Shown in pieces: positions 51,579 to 63,631 of a DNA stretch of 64,000 bases. The notes below the pieces were generated by a model. That model was not told the DNA's origin. It did not search any database and saw only the letters and a list, made by a program, of their open reading frames with translations. A program made the translations under genes and the position numbers. Within the stretch, counting starts at the first letter, position 1, and each line of letters opens with the position of its first letter. Source of the DNA: Candidatus Levyibacteriota bacterium (GTDB taxonomy: Bacteria; Patescibacteriota; Microgenomatia; Levybacterales; UBA12049); contig SIBS01000001.1 in assembly GCA_009695045.1 (NCBI GenBank), forward strand, positions 42,942-106,941, in the 5' to 3' direction.

Positions 51579-54500
51579 TTATACTCCCTCTAGAAGTTTT
51601 CCTTCGACTGGAATCAATCTACCAATAATAACATTTTCCTTAAGGCCAACAAGTGTGTCTTCTCGTCCTTCTAATGCTCCCTCCGTAAGAACCTTTGTTG
51701 TTTCCTGAAAAGATGCGGCAGACAGCCAGGAATCAGAGAAAAGTGATGATTTAGTAATGCCAAGAATTATTTGCCGAGCTGTTGCAGGCTCTCCACCTTG
51801 AGATAATACATCTGCATTTGTTTCTTCAAATCTTGTTTTTGTAAGAAAATCTCCTGGAATAAGTGGGGTATCTCCAACTGACTCAATAATCAACTTATCT
51901 GACATTTTCCTGAGTATTACTTCAAAATGTTTATCATCTATATTTATACCCTGGGATTCATAAACTTTTTGAGCTTCTGTAATAATGTATCTCTGAGCTA
52001 CAAACAATCCTCCTATCTTAAGTACTTCTTTTGGATCTAAATAACCATATGAAAATGGAGTTCCAGCTGTAATCTCCTGCCCATCCTCAACAGTAAGAGA
52101 CGTTGATAATGGAACAAAATATTCTCTCTCTTCAGCTGGCTTTATTTTATTACTTCGAATTGTAATTTTATGTCCTTCATCATTGGTTTCTATTTTTAAT
52201 TTTCCAGATATTTCAGATATAGTAGAAAGGCTTTTTGGTGTTCTCATTTCAAATAATTCTTCTACTCTAGGAAGTCCCTGAGTTACGTCTGACATGATAA
52301 CGCCTCCAAAATGGCGAACACGCATCGTTAATTGTGTTCCTGGCTCCCCTATACTTTGCGCCGCAATGACTCCGACAGGCACTCCTTGATCTACCATTTT
52401 TCTTATTGCAAAATCCCAACCGTAACATTTTGCACAAATACCATAATGTAGCTTGCAGGTAATAGCAGAGCGAACAACAACTTCCTCAACGTCACTTTCA
52501 TCAATAATTTTTGCTATTTCTTCTGTTATTTCTTCGCCTATTGAAACCAAAACTTTTTTACCTTTCCTAGATACAACATCTTCAACAGAAATACGACCCA
52601 TAATTCTATTAAGTAGCGGCGTTGTCCTCTGAGGATCTGTTCTTAGAATAGTAACTCCTTCAGTAACTCCACAATCATCTTGACGAATAATAACATCATG
52701 AGAAACATCAACCAAACGACGAGTAAGATATCCTGCATTAGCTGTTTTCAAAGCAGAATCAGTTAATCCTTTTCTAGATCCCCTTGCGGATGCAACGTAT
52801 TCAAAAATAGATAATCCTTCACGGAAATTAGACTTAATTGGAAGCTCAACAATCTTACCTAATGGATCAAGTATTAATCCTCTCATTGCGGAAAGTTGCT
52901 TCAATTGCTCTTTACCAGCTCTAGCTCCCTCAGAGTCAATAATAACCTTGATAGCATTTGTTGGCTCTAGGCTATTCCATGTCATATCAGCAAGAGTCTC
53001 CGTTGTCTTTATCCAGACATCATTTGAAAGACGTTTTTTCTCATCCATCGTAATCAGTCCATTTTGATATTCTTCTTCAATAACTTTTATCTTTTTTTCT
53101 GACTCCTCAATCATTCCATTTTTCTCTGGCACCATTTTATTATCAAAAACTGATACGCTAATACCAGATATAGTTGATCCATAAAATCCAAGTGACTTAA
53201 TACTATCAATAAGGGAAACCACCTCATCTTCTGTGCATTTTGTAATTGCTTCAGTAATAATTTTTTTAATGGAAGAAGCCTTAATGGCTTGATTTATAAA
53301 GCTAATTTGTTTTGGTAATCTTTCATTAAAAAGAATTCTTCCACAAGTTGTTTCAATAATAGAACCCTCTATGCGAACATTAACTGGTTCACGAAGTGAA
53401 ACATATTCCATAGCATTAGCTAGTAATGCCTCATTTGCATCAGTAAAAATATATAATTCTTTCTTACGCAGTCTTTCATCTAGTGAAGTTAGGTAGAAAG
53501 TTCCTAGCGCCATTTCTTTATTTGGTAATGTTATTGGACTTCCGTCTGCTGGCTTAAGTAAATTATGTCCTGGCATCATAAGCTTAATTGCTTCATCCTG
53601 AGCTCGCTTAGAAAGTGGTATATGTACTGCCATCTGATCGCCATCAAAATCTGCATTATAACCAGTACACACACATGGATGAAGCTGTATCGCTGAACCC
53701 TCAATAAGAACTGGATAAAATGCCTGAATACCTAATTTATGCAATGTTGGAGCACGATTTAATAAAACAGGGTGATTTTTTGTTATTTCTTCCAATATAT
53801 CAAAAACCTCCGGTGGTCGACGTTCTATAAATCTCTTTGCGGATTTTATATTTGGAGCAAATCCTCTAGTAATAACTTCGCGAAGAACAAATGGCTTAAA
53901 CATTTCTAGAGCCATTTCTTTTGGTAATCCGCACTGATTTAATGAAAGGTCAGGACCAACAACGATAACTGATCGACCAGAATAGTCTACGCGTTTTCCA
54001 AGTAGATTTTGCCTAAAACGTCCTTGTTTTCCTCTAAGCATGTCTGAAAGCGATCTCAACGGTGAAGTCACTATTTGACCAGATCTCTGAGACGCATCAA
54101 TGAGCGAGTCTACTGACTCCTGTAGCATACGTTTTTCATTTCGCAAAATAATTTCAGGTGCACCAAGCGAAATAAGATGCTTTAATCTATTATTTCTATT
54201 TATGACACGTCTATATAAATCATTGAGATCAGATGTTGCAAATCTTCCACCAACTAATTGCACCATTGGGCGCAAATTAGGCGGAATAACTGGAAGCGCC
54301 TGCAATATCATAGATGATGCAGATACATTTGCTCTCCTCATTGACTCAAGCAATCTAAGTCTCTTGATAAGTTTTAAATATTTTGCACCACTTGCTTTTT
54401 CAGACTCTGTGCGAAGTGCTATGATTAAAGCAGAAAGATCAATTTTTTCAAGCACTTCAAGCATCGCTTCTGCTCCTGTTTTTACTAAAAAGAATTGAGA

Positions 54501-55301
54501 AATATCATATTCAAGAATTTTATAATATTCATCTTCTGATAAAACACTTCCAATCTTTAGATTTTTTAGAATACTTACTATAACTGTAGCTATTTCATCT
54601 ATTTTTTTACTCTCTGAATTGATTCTTTCAGCAAGCCTAGCAATACGCTGACGCTTCATAAGATCTAACTCTTCAATAATAAGTATTTTCTGCTCTTTTC
54701 CCGCACTGCCATCTTTTGCTTCTTTTTTCTTTTTTGCTACTTCTTCATCTATACGATCCTCTTCATCTTCAAGCTCTTTTTTTTGCAAATCTTTTCTCTT
54801 ATCTATACTATCTGCAAAATCTTCTAATGCTTTTTTCTTTTTGTCTTCATCAACATTAATAACTAAATGAGAAGCATAATAAATAACTGATTCAAGATTC
54901 TTCTGAGAAACATCAAGAAGAAGAGATAATGGCGAAGAAGAACCTTTGAAAAACCAAACATGTGCTACCGGAGTCGAAAGATTTATGTGCGCCATTCTCT
55001 CGCGTCGTACTCTGGATAATGTAACTTCTACTCCGCACTTATCGCAAACAATACCTCGATATCTAATTCTTTTATACTTACCGCAATAACATTCCCAATC
55101 CTTGGTTGGCCCAAATATACGCTCATCAAAAAGTCCATCTTTTTCTGGACGAAGAGTTCTATAATTAATAGTTTCAGGCTTAGTTACTTCTCCATATGAC
55201 CATGAAAGAATATCATCTCTACTTGCTAATAAAAGTTTTAAGGATTTGAAATCAACAATTGTTGGATCTTTTAGTTTTTGTGACTGTGATTTATTATTCA
55301 T
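51579..55301 (-). CDS. rpoC: RNA polymerase subunit beta'
   Basis: CYCGK...CDKC Zn finger, [30 protein letters not shown]. Confidence 0.99.
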   Translation of the reverse strand: MNNKSQSQKLKDPTIVDFKSLKLLLASRDDILSWSYGEVTKPETINYRTLRPEKDGLFDERIFGPTKDWECYCGKYKRIRYRGIVCDKCGVEVTLSRVRRERMAHINLSTPVAHVWFFKGSSSPLSLLLDVSQKNLESVIYYASHLVINVDEDKKKKALEDFADSIDKRKDLQKKELEDEEDRIDEEVAKKKKEAKDGSAGKEQKILIIEELDLMKRQRIARLAERINSESKKIDEIATVIVSILKNLKIGSVLSEDEYYKILEYDISQFFLVKTGAEAMLEVLEKIDLSALIIALRTESEKASGAKYLKLIKRLRLLESMRRANVSASSMILQALPVIPPNLRPMVQLVGGRFATSDLNDLYRRVINRNNRLKHLISLGAPEIILRNEKRMLQESVDSLIDASQRSGQIVTSPLRSLSDMLRGKQGRFRQNLLGKRVDYSGRSVIVVGPDLSLNQCGLPKEMALEMFKPFVLREVITRGFAPNIKSAKRFIERRPPEVFDILEEITKNHPVLLNRAPTLHKLGIQAFYPVLIEGSAIQLHPCVCTGYNADFDGDQMAVHIPLSKRAQDEAIKLMMPGHNLLKPADGSPITLPNKEMALGTFYLTSLDERLRKKELYIFTDANEALLANAMEYVSLREPVNVRIEGSIIETTCGRILFNERLPKQISFINQAIKASSIKKIITEAITKCTEDEVVSLIDSIKSLGFYGSTISGISVSVFDNKMVPEKNGMIEESEKKIKVIEEEYQNGLITMDEKKRLSNDVWIKTTETLADMTWNSLEPTNAIKVIIDSEGARAGKEQLKQLSAMRGLILDPLGKIVELPIKSNFREGLSIFEYVASARGSRKGLTDSALKTANAGYLTRRLVDVSHDVIIRQDDCGVTEGVTILRTDPQRTTPLLNRIMGRISVEDVVSRKGKKVLVSIGEEITEEIAKIIDESDVEEVVVRSAITCKLHYGICAKCYGWDFAIRKMVDQGVPVGVIAAQSIGEPGTQLTMRVRHFGGVIMSDVTQGLPRVEELFEMRTPKSLSTISEISGKLKIETNDEGHKITIRSNKIKPAEEREYFVPLSTSLTVEDGQEITAGTPFSYGYLDPKEVLKIGGLFVAQRYIITEAQKVYESQGINIDDKHFEVILRKMSDKLIIESVGDTPLIPGDFLTKTRFEETNADVLSQGGEPATARQIILGITKSSLFSDSWLSAASFQETTKVLTEGALEGREDTLVGLKENVIIGRLIPVEGKLLEGV

Positions 55302-58300
55302 TTACTAGTCCTTCTTGCATTATCTCACTTACAACTTCTTCTTGCATCGATACTTCTGCAACTTCCACTCCACCAAGCTCTTCTCTTAATTCTTTTGCAT
55401 CTTCTTCAATTTTTATATTCTGATTATCTTCTACTATATTCTCTGCTTGTGGTAAGTCTGCATTTACCATAGCTCCAACAGGCACCACGTTTAATCCCAT
55501 TGCTTGTAATTCTTTTATTAAAACCTTAAATGATTCTGGAACCTTAGGAGTTGGTATGTCCAAACCCTTTACGATAGCTTCAAATGCCTTAGATCTACCA
55601 ACGACATCGTCAGATTTTATTGTCAACATTTCTTGTAATATATAACGAGCTCTATGAGCTTCAAGTGCCCAAACTTCCATTTCACCAAGACGTTGTCCGC
55701 CCATCTGAGCTTTTCCACCAAGCGGCTGTTGAGTTACGAGTGAGTATGGCCCAGTTGACCTAGCATGGGTTTTATCCTCAACCATATGAATAAGCTTCAT
55801 AATGTATTCAATGCCTACGACAACAGGATTTTCGTACTCTTTTCCAGTTCGTCCATCAACAAGAATTGCTTTTCCATCAACAGGTAGGCCAGCTTTTTTA
55901 AGAAGACTCGTAATTCTATCTTCGCTTATTTGCTCAAAAACAGGGGCACCTATTTTGATATTTAGCTTACTTGCTGCCCAACCAAGATGAGCCTCTAAAA
56001 GCTGTCCTAAATTCATACGAGCAAGTACTGATATTGGAGAAATTAAAATATCCACGGTTGTTCCATCTTTAAGATGTGGCATATCTGATTCTGGCAATAT
56101 TTTAGATATAACTCCTTTGTTACCATGTCTTCCAGCAAGCTTATCGCCAACAACTACATGGCGAAATTGTGCTGCTTCAATAATAATCTTTCTCATTGTT
56201 CCAGGCTCCATTTCGTCTCCCTTTTTTCTATCAAGTATCTGCACACTAATAATTGTCCCACGCTCTCCATGGGGCATACGCAAAGACGTATCTCTAACCT
56301 CGCGAGACTGCTCTCCAAAAATGGCTCTAAGAAGACGTTCTTCTGCCGTAAGCTCTGTTTCTCCTTTTGGAGCAATTTTACCAACAAGAATATCGCCTGG
56401 GCTAATTTCGCTTCCAACAACAATTATTCCTTCTTCATCCAGACTTGATAGGTCTTCTTCTGCAACATTTGGAATATCTCTTGTTGTTTCTTCTGGTCCA
56501 AGCTTTGTCTCCACAACTGCTGCCTCATACTTTTCAATATGAATAGATGATAAAATGTCTTCTCTTACCAATCTATCAGAAATAACAATAGCATCTTCAT
56601 AGCCTAATCCATCAAATGAAGCATAAGCAATCAATAAATTCTGACCAAGAGCTAACTCACCATTCTGTGCTGCTGGACCATCTACTAAAACATCTCCCAT
56701 TACTACCTGTTGTCGAAGTTTGGCTATTACTCGCTGTGAATATGATGTTGCCTGTGAAGTTCTCTGAAAAGCTTTTATAGCAAAACTTGCTTTTTCTCCA
56801 GCTTTCCCTTCTAGGACAATTGTGTCTGCATCAAGAGAAGTAATTATGCCATCAAAAGGTGCACGAATAACTCGCCCCATAACTTCCGCAATTGCACTTT
56901 CCATCCCAGTTCCAACCATTGGACTTTCGGGTTTAACAAGTGGAACAGCTTGACATTGCATATGTGTTCCCATCAGTGCTCTATTTGCTTCATCATGACT
57001 TACAAATGGAATAAGAGATGCAGCTACTCCAACTACTTGCCTTGGTAAAACATCTACATATTCTATTTTTTCCTTCTCAACTTCTATAAATTCTCCTCTG
57101 TAACGAACAGCAACACGATCTTCAACAATTATATTATCATCAGATACAGCCATTGCATGAGAAATGTATCTCTCAGCTTCATCATCGGAAGATAAATAGT
57201 GAATTTCATCTGTTACTTTTACGATAAATTTTTTACCTGATTCAGTTATCTGAACTTTTCTATAAGGAGCCTCTAGGAATCCGTATTCATTCATTCTTGC
57301 ATAAAGTGATAGGTATGTTACTAATCCAATATTTGGCCCCTCAGGAGATCGAATAGGACAAACTCTACTATATTGAGAACTATTAATATCCCTAATAGAG
57401 AATGCTGCTCTTTCTCGAGAAATACCACCAGTACCCATTACCGTTACACGTCTAAGATTATCTATTTCCGAAAGAGGATTAGTTTGATCTAGAATAGTGG
57501 ATAATTGAGAAGTTCTAAAAAACTCATTTATAGATGCCATTATTGGACGAGCATTTACTAAATTAGCAATTGAAACAGGCGTGTCTGCCTGAATAAGACT
57601 CATTCTCTCCTTAACGCTTCTCTCAAGACGTAAGATTCCAACCCTAAAAGCCGTAGTTGCCACAAGTTCACCAACGGATCGAACTCTTCTGTTTGCAAGA
57701 CTATCAATATCATCGATTACTCCTTTTCCCTGCGTAAGGAGAATTAAATATTTAATGGTTCCAATAATATCCTCTATTGTAAGAACATGTGTATCTGAGG
57801 ATGAAAATCCAGGAATATTATTAAGTTTTTTGTTTAATTTGTATCGACCAACTCTTCCTAAATCATAACGTCTATTATTAAAGAAAAGGCCATTAAAATT
57901 ATCTTTCACTTTTTCAAGCACAATTGGCTCACCTGGATGCATTTTCTTAAAAATTTCTATAACAGCATCTACTTCACCTTGAGTTTCATCTTTCATAAGA
58001 GTATTATTAATATAACCATCATTATCCGTAGCTGAAACTTCTTCAAATCTTTCCTCTATTACTTCACTTGATGACATGCCTAGCGCCTTAAGAAAAGTCG
58101 TTGCTAAAAATTTCCTTCTTCTATCTATTTTTACAGTTATGGTATTGTGTCTAGTCGTAGAAAATTCAAGCCATGAACCATGAATCGGTCTAATTTCTGC
58201 AGAATAAAGCGTTTTTCCACTAACAGCATCTAACGTTGATGTAAAGAACGATCCAGGTGATCTGACAAGCTGATTTACCACTGCACGCTCAATGCCATTT

Positions 58301-58674
58301 ACTATAAATGTTGCACGTTCGGTCATTTGAGGAATATCACCAAGAAAAACTTCTTGCGTCTGACGTTTTTCAGTTTTTTTATTGGTAAGCGTTGCTTTGA
58401 CATATAGAGGACAATCAAAGGTTATTCCTTTTACTAAAGCATTTTGCGGAGTAGTAGATGCTTCACCAAAACGATATTCTCCAAACTCTAGGCTCCAATT
58501 TTTTTCCGTAAAATCATCTATTGGAGATATCTCTCTTAAGGTCTCCCCAATTGCAACATCCTGAAACCATTCATATGATCTTTTTTGAATAGTAAGGAGA
58601 TCCATTATAGGTAGAGCAGAATAAGTTTTTCCCCAGTTTTGTCTAATATTTTCTTTTAAATCAGTTTTTTGCAT
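55294..58674 (-). CDS. rpoB: RNA polymerase subunit beta
   Basis: [49 protein letters not shown]. Confidence 0.99.
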   Translation of the reverse strand: MQKTDLKENIRQNWGKTYSALPIMDLLTIQKRSYEWFQDVAIGETLREISPIDDFTEKNWSLEFGEYRFGEASTTPQNALVKGITFDCPLYVKATLTNKKTEKRQTQEVFLGDIPQMTERATFIVNGIERAVVNQLVRSPGSFFTSTLDAVSGKTLYSAEIRPIHGSWLEFSTTRHNTITVKIDRRRKFLATTFLKALGMSSSEVIEERFEEVSATDNDGYINNTLMKDETQGEVDAVIEIFKKMHPGEPIVLEKVKDNFNGLFFNNRRYDLGRVGRYKLNKKLNNIPGFSSSDTHVLTIEDIIGTIKYLILLTQGKGVIDDIDSLANRRVRSVGELVATTAFRVGILRLERSVKERMSLIQADTPVSIANLVNARPIMASINEFFRTSQLSTILDQTNPLSEIDNLRRVTVMGTGGISRERAAFSIRDINSSQYSRVCPIRSPEGPNIGLVTYLSLYARMNEYGFLEAPYRKVQITESGKKFIVKVTDEIHYLSSDDEAERYISHAMAVSDDNIIVEDRVAVRYRGEFIEVEKEKIEYVDVLPRQVVGVAASLIPFVSHDEANRALMGTHMQCQAVPLVKPESPMVGTGMESAIAEVMGRVIRAPFDGIITSLDADTIVLEGKAGEKASFAIKAFQRTSQATSYSQRVIAKLRQQVVMGDVLVDGPAAQNGELALGQNLLIAYASFDGLGYEDAIVISDRLVREDILSSIHIEKYEAAVVETKLGPEETTRDIPNVAEEDLSSLDEEGIIVVGSEISPGDILVGKIAPKGETELTAEERLLRAIFGEQSREVRDTSLRMPHGERGTIISVQILDRKKGDEMEPGTMRKIIIEAAQFRHVVVGDKLAGRHGNKGVISKILPESDMPHLKDGTTVDILISPISVLARMNLGQLLEAHLGWAASKLNIKIGAPVFEQISEDRITSLLKKAGLPVDGKAILVDGRTGKEYENPVVVGIEYIMKLIHMVEDKTHARSTGPYSLVTQQPLGGKAQMGGQRLGEMEVWALEAHRARYILQEMLTIKSDDVVGRSKAFEAIVKGLDIPTPKVPESFKVLIKELQAMGLNVVPVGAMVNADLPQAENIVEDNQNIKIEEDAKELREELGGVEVAEVSMQEEVVSEIMQEGLVNE

Positions 58675-58710
58675 CAGGCTTATAGCTTTCTTTTAAGTTG
58701 TTAGATAAAC

Positions 58711-58797
58711 AAAAAAATACCCGCTTTAAAACGGTTTACAATCTTTGTAGAAGATTAAAGTAATTAAGTTATAACACGCATTGAAGGAGTCTGTCAA
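58711..58797 (-). promoter_or_regulatory. rpoB promoter and leader hairpin with U-tract
   Basis: TTGACA (58797-58792), 18-nt spacer, TGtTATAAC; hairpin CCGTT-TTAA-AGCGG then GTA-T7. Confidence 0.5.
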
Positions 58798-58856
58798 TAG
58801 GTAATAAATTAATAAACATTAGATTTGATTTATTTGGTTGTAGTAATAAAATTAAT

Positions 58857-59462
58857 ATGATAAAATTATATCACTTCGGAACTGTTTCTTGCCACAAGGG
58901 TAATACATGTTTCCAGCCATATATGAGACGAATAGAATTTTTGCGTGGCATAACTGCGACTACACTAGTACCAAATGAGTCAATAAAAACCATCATATTT
59001 AATGAAAAAGAAACAATCGATATTCTTGTTGCAACAATAGAACAATTTTATCAAGGGCGCCTTGTTCAGCCATACTCGGAAGATATTGTAATCTCAGCAA
59101 TAGAAAATGATATTAATCCTGACCTAATAGCCATTATTGGTATGATTGAATCTGGCGGAGGAAATGGTGCACCAAATGGATTTTGGTTTGGAGTTACAAA
59201 TGTTAAACTTGAAACACGAAAAGAAGAAATTGATTACGTAGCCCAACTACTTGCAGGCAAGCATTTACCTCAATATAAATATGCAGAGCAGGATATTCAA
59301 AAACTCCATATCTTTAATGGTGGTGGAAATAATTGGTGGAATGATCCTAGTTATCCAAATAAATATATTTTTCATAAAAATGAGCTTGATGAAATTAGAA
59401 AACAACTAACTCTGAATTCTGAAATAGATAAAATTACCGGGATTGAATCTAAGAACTATTAG
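58857..59462 (+). CDS. Hypothetical protein with lysozyme-like/SLT-type motif
   Basis: SAIENDINPDLIAIIGMIESGGG resembles the lytic transglycosylase catalytic ES motif; start may be ATG 58923. Confidence 0.55.
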   Translation: MIKLYHFGTVSCHKGNTCFQPYMRRIEFLRGITATTLVPNESIKTIIFNEKETIDILVATIEQFYQGRLVQPYSEDIVISAIENDINPDLIAIIGMIESGGGNGAPNGFWFGVTNVKLETRKEEIDYVAQLLAGKHLPQYKYAEQDIQKLHIFNGGGNNWWNDPSYPNKYIFHKNELDEIRKQLTLNSEIDKITGIESKNY

Positions 59463-59502
59463 ATATATTATTAATAATTTCCATCCATGCTATAATTAAG
59501 GC

Positions 59503-61335
59503 ATGCTTTCATCAGCCGAAATTATCAAAAAATATATAAATTTTTTCAAAAAACATGAACACGTTGAAATAAAAGGATACCCTATTGTTCTACAAAATGA
59601 TCCAACTACTCTGTTCACTAATTCTGGTATGCAGCCACTAGTACCATACTTACTAGGTGAACAGCATCCAGAAGGAAATATTCTCGTTAACGTGCAGAAT
59701 TGCTTTCGCTCATTAGACATTAATGAAGTTGGGGACAATAGGCACACTACTTTTTTCCGCATGCTTGGAAACTGGAGTCTTGGGGCATATTTCAAAGAAA
59801 AACAAATACCTTGGTTTTGGGAATTTCTTACAAAAGAGCTTAACTTACCATTAGATAATCTTCATATTACGGTATTCAAGGGGGGGGAAGATATTCCTCG
59901 CGATGAAGAAGCATTAATTATTTGGGAAGATATCTTAATAAAAGAAGGCCTAGACCCGAAAGAAAAAATACACTTATATGGATTTAAGGAGAATTGGTGG
60001 TCTCGCGCAGGAACTCCTGACAACATGCCAGTAGATGAACCAGGTGGACCAAGTAGTGAAATTTTCTATGAATTTACAGATGTTGATCATGATATGTCGT
60101 ATGGAGAAAAATGTCATCCAAATTGTAATTGTGGTAAATTTGTAGAAATTGGTAATTGTGTGTTTATGCAATATCAAAAACAAAATAATGGATCCTTTAA
60201 AAAACTCTCTCAAAAAAATGTTGACTTTGGTGGGGGACTTGAGCGACTTGCTGCTGCGCTCAACAATAATCCCGATATATTTACTACCGATCTTTATGAA
60301 GGAGTAATAAAAGCAATAGAGGATAATTCAGGAAAAAAATATGAAAAAGAAAATATGAATTCAATGCGAATAATCGCTGATCATCTTAAAGGAGCTATCT
60401 TCCTTATAAAAGATGGTGTTATTCCTTCCAATAAAGAACATGGATATATCCTTAGACGTCTCCTTAGAAGATCTGCTGTAAAAATGCATCTCCTAAGCGG
60501 TGGCTCTACACCGATGGGTGGATTTGAAAATATATGCGATGAAATTATTAGAATTGAAGAAAATATTCCAAATAGTGGGATTAACCGAAGCGAGCAAAAA
60601 AATAATATATTTAATGTCATTAAAAATGAAATGGAAAGATTCGGCAAAAGCCTAGATAATGGCCTCAAGGAAATTGAGAAACTCAAAAACATTAAAGGTA
60701 AAGAATTTTATCTTTTCCAAACGTTTGGATTTCCTATTGAAATTATCGAAGAACTAGCGAAGCAAAAAAACAAAGAAATAGATATAGAAATATTTTATAA
60801 AGAATTAGAGGCACACAGAGATCTATCACGCGCTGCATCAGCGGGTAAATTTAAAGGTGGATTAATGGATAATCAGGAAATGACAATAATGGGTCATACG
60901 GCAACTCATTTACTTCATCAAGCACTTAGAGATACACTAGGTAAACATGTCCATCAAACGGGATCAAACATTACGGCTGAAAGGCTTCGCTTTGACTTTA
61001 ACTATAAAAGCGCTTTAACAGATATTCAAATAAAAAAAATAGAAAATATTATAAATCAGAAGATTTCAGATAATCTACCAGTTTATTTTGAAATAATTGA
61101 AACAAAAATAGCAAAAAAAATAGGAGCAATTGGTCTATTTCAAGATTCTTACGGCGATAAATCAAAAATATATTTTATAGGAGGATCTGGAGATAAATCT
61201 AGTAATGCATATTCTATAGAATTTTGTGGAGGACCACATGTTGATTTTACAGGAAAGCTTAAAAGAGTTAATATAATAAAACAGGAGAGTATTGGTCAAG
61301 GACAACAAAGAATTTATGCCAAAGTAAACATCTAG
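59503..61335 (+). CDS. alaS: Alanine--tRNA ligase (short form, no C-Ala domain)
   Basis: DPTTLFTNSGMQ, RHTTFFRMLGNWS, GLERL, IIADH; editing motifs HTATHLL and CGGPHV. Confidence 0.96.
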   Translation: MLSSAEIIKKYINFFKKHEHVEIKGYPIVLQNDPTTLFTNSGMQPLVPYLLGEQHPEGNILVNVQNCFRSLDINEVGDNRHTTFFRMLGNWSLGAYFKEKQIPWFWEFLTKELNLPLDNLHITVFKGGEDIPRDEEALIIWEDILIKEGLDPKEKIHLYGFKENWWSRAGTPDNMPVDEPGGPSSEIFYEFTDVDHDMSYGEKCHPNCNCGKFVEIGNCVFMQYQKQNNGSFKKLSQKNVDFGGGLERLAAALNNNPDIFTTDLYEGVIKAIEDNSGKKYEKENMNSMRIIADHLKGAIFLIKDGVIPSNKEHGYILRRLLRRSAVKMHLLSGGSTPMGGFENICDEIIRIEENIPNSGINRSEQKNNIFNVIKNEMERFGKSLDNGLKEIEKLKNIKGKEFYLFQTFGFPIEIIEELAKQKNKEIDIEIFYKELEAHRDLSRAASAGKFKGGLMDNQEMTIMGHTATHLLHQALRDTLGKHVHQTGSNITAERLRFDFNYKSALTDIQIKKIENIINQKISDNLPVYFEIIETKIAKKIGAIGLFQDSYGDKSKIYFIGGSGDKSSNAYSIEFCGGPHVDFTGKLKRVNIIKQESIGQGQQRIYAKVNI

Positions 61336-61336
61336 T

Positions 61337-63631
61337 ATGAAGCTGCCATTTGGATTAAACTTTCAAAAGAAAGAAAAAAAAGATTACTTTCTAGCACTTC
61401 TTCTTAGGGAAGAAAGGATAAGTGCAGTTATTTTTGAAGAATTAGAAGGAAAAGTAAGCGTTATTGGTGAAAAAGAAGAATATCTCCATTCAACTATTGA
61501 CTCTACTAGCTCAGAAGATCTTCTTACAGCAATTGATGAGGCGGTATCCGTTGCAGAATCATCTCTACCAAATAACACTGAGACTAGAAAGACTATTTTT
61601 GGAGTCAAAGAAAATTGGATTGAAAACTCAAAAATAAAAAGTGAGTACTTAGCTAAATTAAAAAAGGTGAGCGATAGCATCGGTCTTTCTCCACTTGGAT
61701 TTTTAATAATCCATGAAGCAATTATACGCTATATGCAAAAGGAGGAAGGCGCTCCAGTTTCCGCAATACTTGTAGAAATAGATAAAAAAACCCTAGTAGT
61801 CTCACTTGTTAGAGCAGGGAGAATTATAGAAACAAAAACATCAACTATTAATGGTGCAATCGCACAGAGCGTTGACAAATTGCTGCAACACTTTACGGAA
61901 CACGAAGTGCTTCCATCCAGAGTTGTGCTATTTAATGGAGGAGAGGAAGAAAGACTTTCGCAATTATTTATCAGCCATTCATGGAGTAGGCAGTTACCAT
62001 TTCTTCATGTACCTCAAGTTACAGTACTTCACAAGGGCTTTGATGCAAAAGCGGTTTTATTTGGGGCAGCTACTCAAATGGGATTTGAATTACTACCCGA
62101 AATTAGACACAAAAAGGAGAAACTAGAAATATCTCATTTATCAAAAGACGTGGATATTGTAAAAAAAGAAGAAACAAAGATGATAAATGAGAATAAATCA
62201 ACAAACGAAAAAACTCTTAAAGACATATCTTTTTTATATGAAGAGGATATTCTAAAAGAAAAAGTGCTTGACGAGACATCAATTGCTATTACTATCCCTA
62301 AGCAACCCCATAAGTCATATCATGATGAAAGCAATTTTATAAATATTAATCATCCAGATGATGTGTTAAGAAAAAAAACATCACCAATATCTAATATATT
62401 AATACTTATAAACTCTATTAATAATAAGCTATTAGCTATTATTCCGATAAAAAATTTAAAAAATCTTCTTATGAAATTTTCTTTTTTTCCGAAAAATAAA
62501 AAGGTAATTTTTATCCCAGTATTTATTTCTTCTCTTTTCATTTTTTTAGCAATATTATATATATTTGAACTTAAAGCCATTGTTACGATATCATTAAGAG
62601 CAGAAACAGTTGAAAAAGAAGAAAACATTATATTTCTGATTGAAAAAGAAACTGACCTTTCTAATAATAATTTAGGCTCTAGATTGATTGAGATTTCTGA
62701 AGAAGCATCTTCTGCAATTGAAACAACGGGTAAAAAAGAGATTGGTGAAAAAACAAAAGGACAATTAAATCTATATGCACGCTTTGATGAAGGCAAAAAT
62801 ATAACTGCAGGGACAATAATTATTTCTTCAAATGACTTAAAATTCACTCTGGATAAAGATGTCTCCATAGCTTCAGTTTCAGCAGCAGATGCAAGCTCAG
62901 TAATAGTAAAAGTAGATATAACTGCTAAAAATATTGGAAAAGAATATAATCTTCCATCTGGTGCAAAATTTACAATCGGTCAAATATCGCAATCTATAAT
63001 AACTGGTAAGAACGATGAGGCCTTTTCGGGAGGATCAAAAAAAGAAATTAACGCTGTTTCAAAATTAGATCAAGATCGGCTTTTGGAAGAATTACCATTT
63101 AAATCTGAAGAAAAAGCCAAAGTAGAAATAAATAAACAACTAAAAAATGACGAAATAACATTACCAAGCTTTACTGATATAAAAATTCTTAGAACGGAAT
63201 TTTCTAAAAATATTGGCGATGAGGCAACAAGCCTACAGGTTAATGGTACGATAAATTATAAAACTGTTGCATATAAAAAAAGTGACCTGCTTAGTATGGC
63301 AAAAAAAGTATTTGAAAAAAATCTTAAGAATATGACGTCCGCAGACGATAACATATCTCTAGAAATAAAGAAAATAAAAAAAGTGGATGAAAAACAAATA
63401 GAAATCATAGTGCTACTGAAAAATAGATTAATACCAAAAATTGACGTATCTATGCTTCAGAAAAAAATATCAGGCCTTTCATACGCTCAGGCAGAAAAAA
63501 TAATAAATGAGATTCCTCAAGTAAATGATATTTATATAAAATTACAGCCTAATATTTTCTCTACCATACTTCCCCATATTCTGCCTAAGCAGTCAAAAAA
63601 TATAAATTTCGTGATTGAATCTAATGAGTAA
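61337..63631 (+). CDS. Hypothetical membrane protein: N-terminal FtsA/PilM-like domain, TM helix, C-terminal baseplate-J-like domain
   Basis: N-terminal beta/alpha pattern with IFGVKENW (FtsA-like, by recollection); TM IFIPVFISSLFIFLAILYIF; C-terminal TTGKKEIGEKTKG, AGT, GKEYN, FSGG (baseplate-J-like pattern). Confidence 0.55.
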   Translation: MKLPFGLNFQKKEKKDYFLALLLREERISAVIFEELEGKVSVIGEKEEYLHSTIDSTSSEDLLTAIDEAVSVAESSLPNNTETRKTIFGVKENWIENSKIKSEYLAKLKKVSDSIGLSPLGFLIIHEAIIRYMQKEEGAPVSAILVEIDKKTLVVSLVRAGRIIETKTSTINGAIAQSVDKLLQHFTEHEVLPSRVVLFNGGEEERLSQLFISHSWSRQLPFLHVPQVTVLHKGFDAKAVLFGAATQMGFELLPEIRHKKEKLEISHLSKDVDIVKKEETKMINENKSTNEKTLKDISFLYEEDILKEKVLDETSIAITIPKQPHKSYHDESNFININHPDDVLRKKTSPISNILILINSINNKLLAIIPIKNLKNLLMKFSFFPKNKKVIFIPVFISSLFIFLAILYIFELKAIVTISLRAETVEKEENIIFLIEKETDLSNNNLGSRLIEISEEASSAIETTGKKEIGEKTKGQLNLYARFDEGKNITAGTIIISSNDLKFTLDKDVSIASVSAADASSVIVKVDITAKNIGKEYNLPSGAKFTIGQISQSIITGKNDEAFSGGSKKEINAVSKLDQDRLLEELPFKSEEKAKVEINKQLKNDEITLPSFTDIKILRTEFSKNIGDEATSLQVNGTINYKTVAYKKSDLLSMAKKVFEKNLKNMTSADDNISLEIKKIKKVDEKQIEIIVLLKNRLIPKIDVSMLQKKISGLSYAQAEKIINEIPQVNDIYIKLQPNIFSTILPHILPKQSKNINFVIESNE

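Noticed and set aside
3861-62868. Numerous 60-170 aa track ORFs antisense to or nested in housekeeping genes (e.g. 37990-38394, 54100-54498, 56117-56542, 62350-62868)
   Set aside because: Shadow frames of conserved genes with no recognisable motifs or expression signals.
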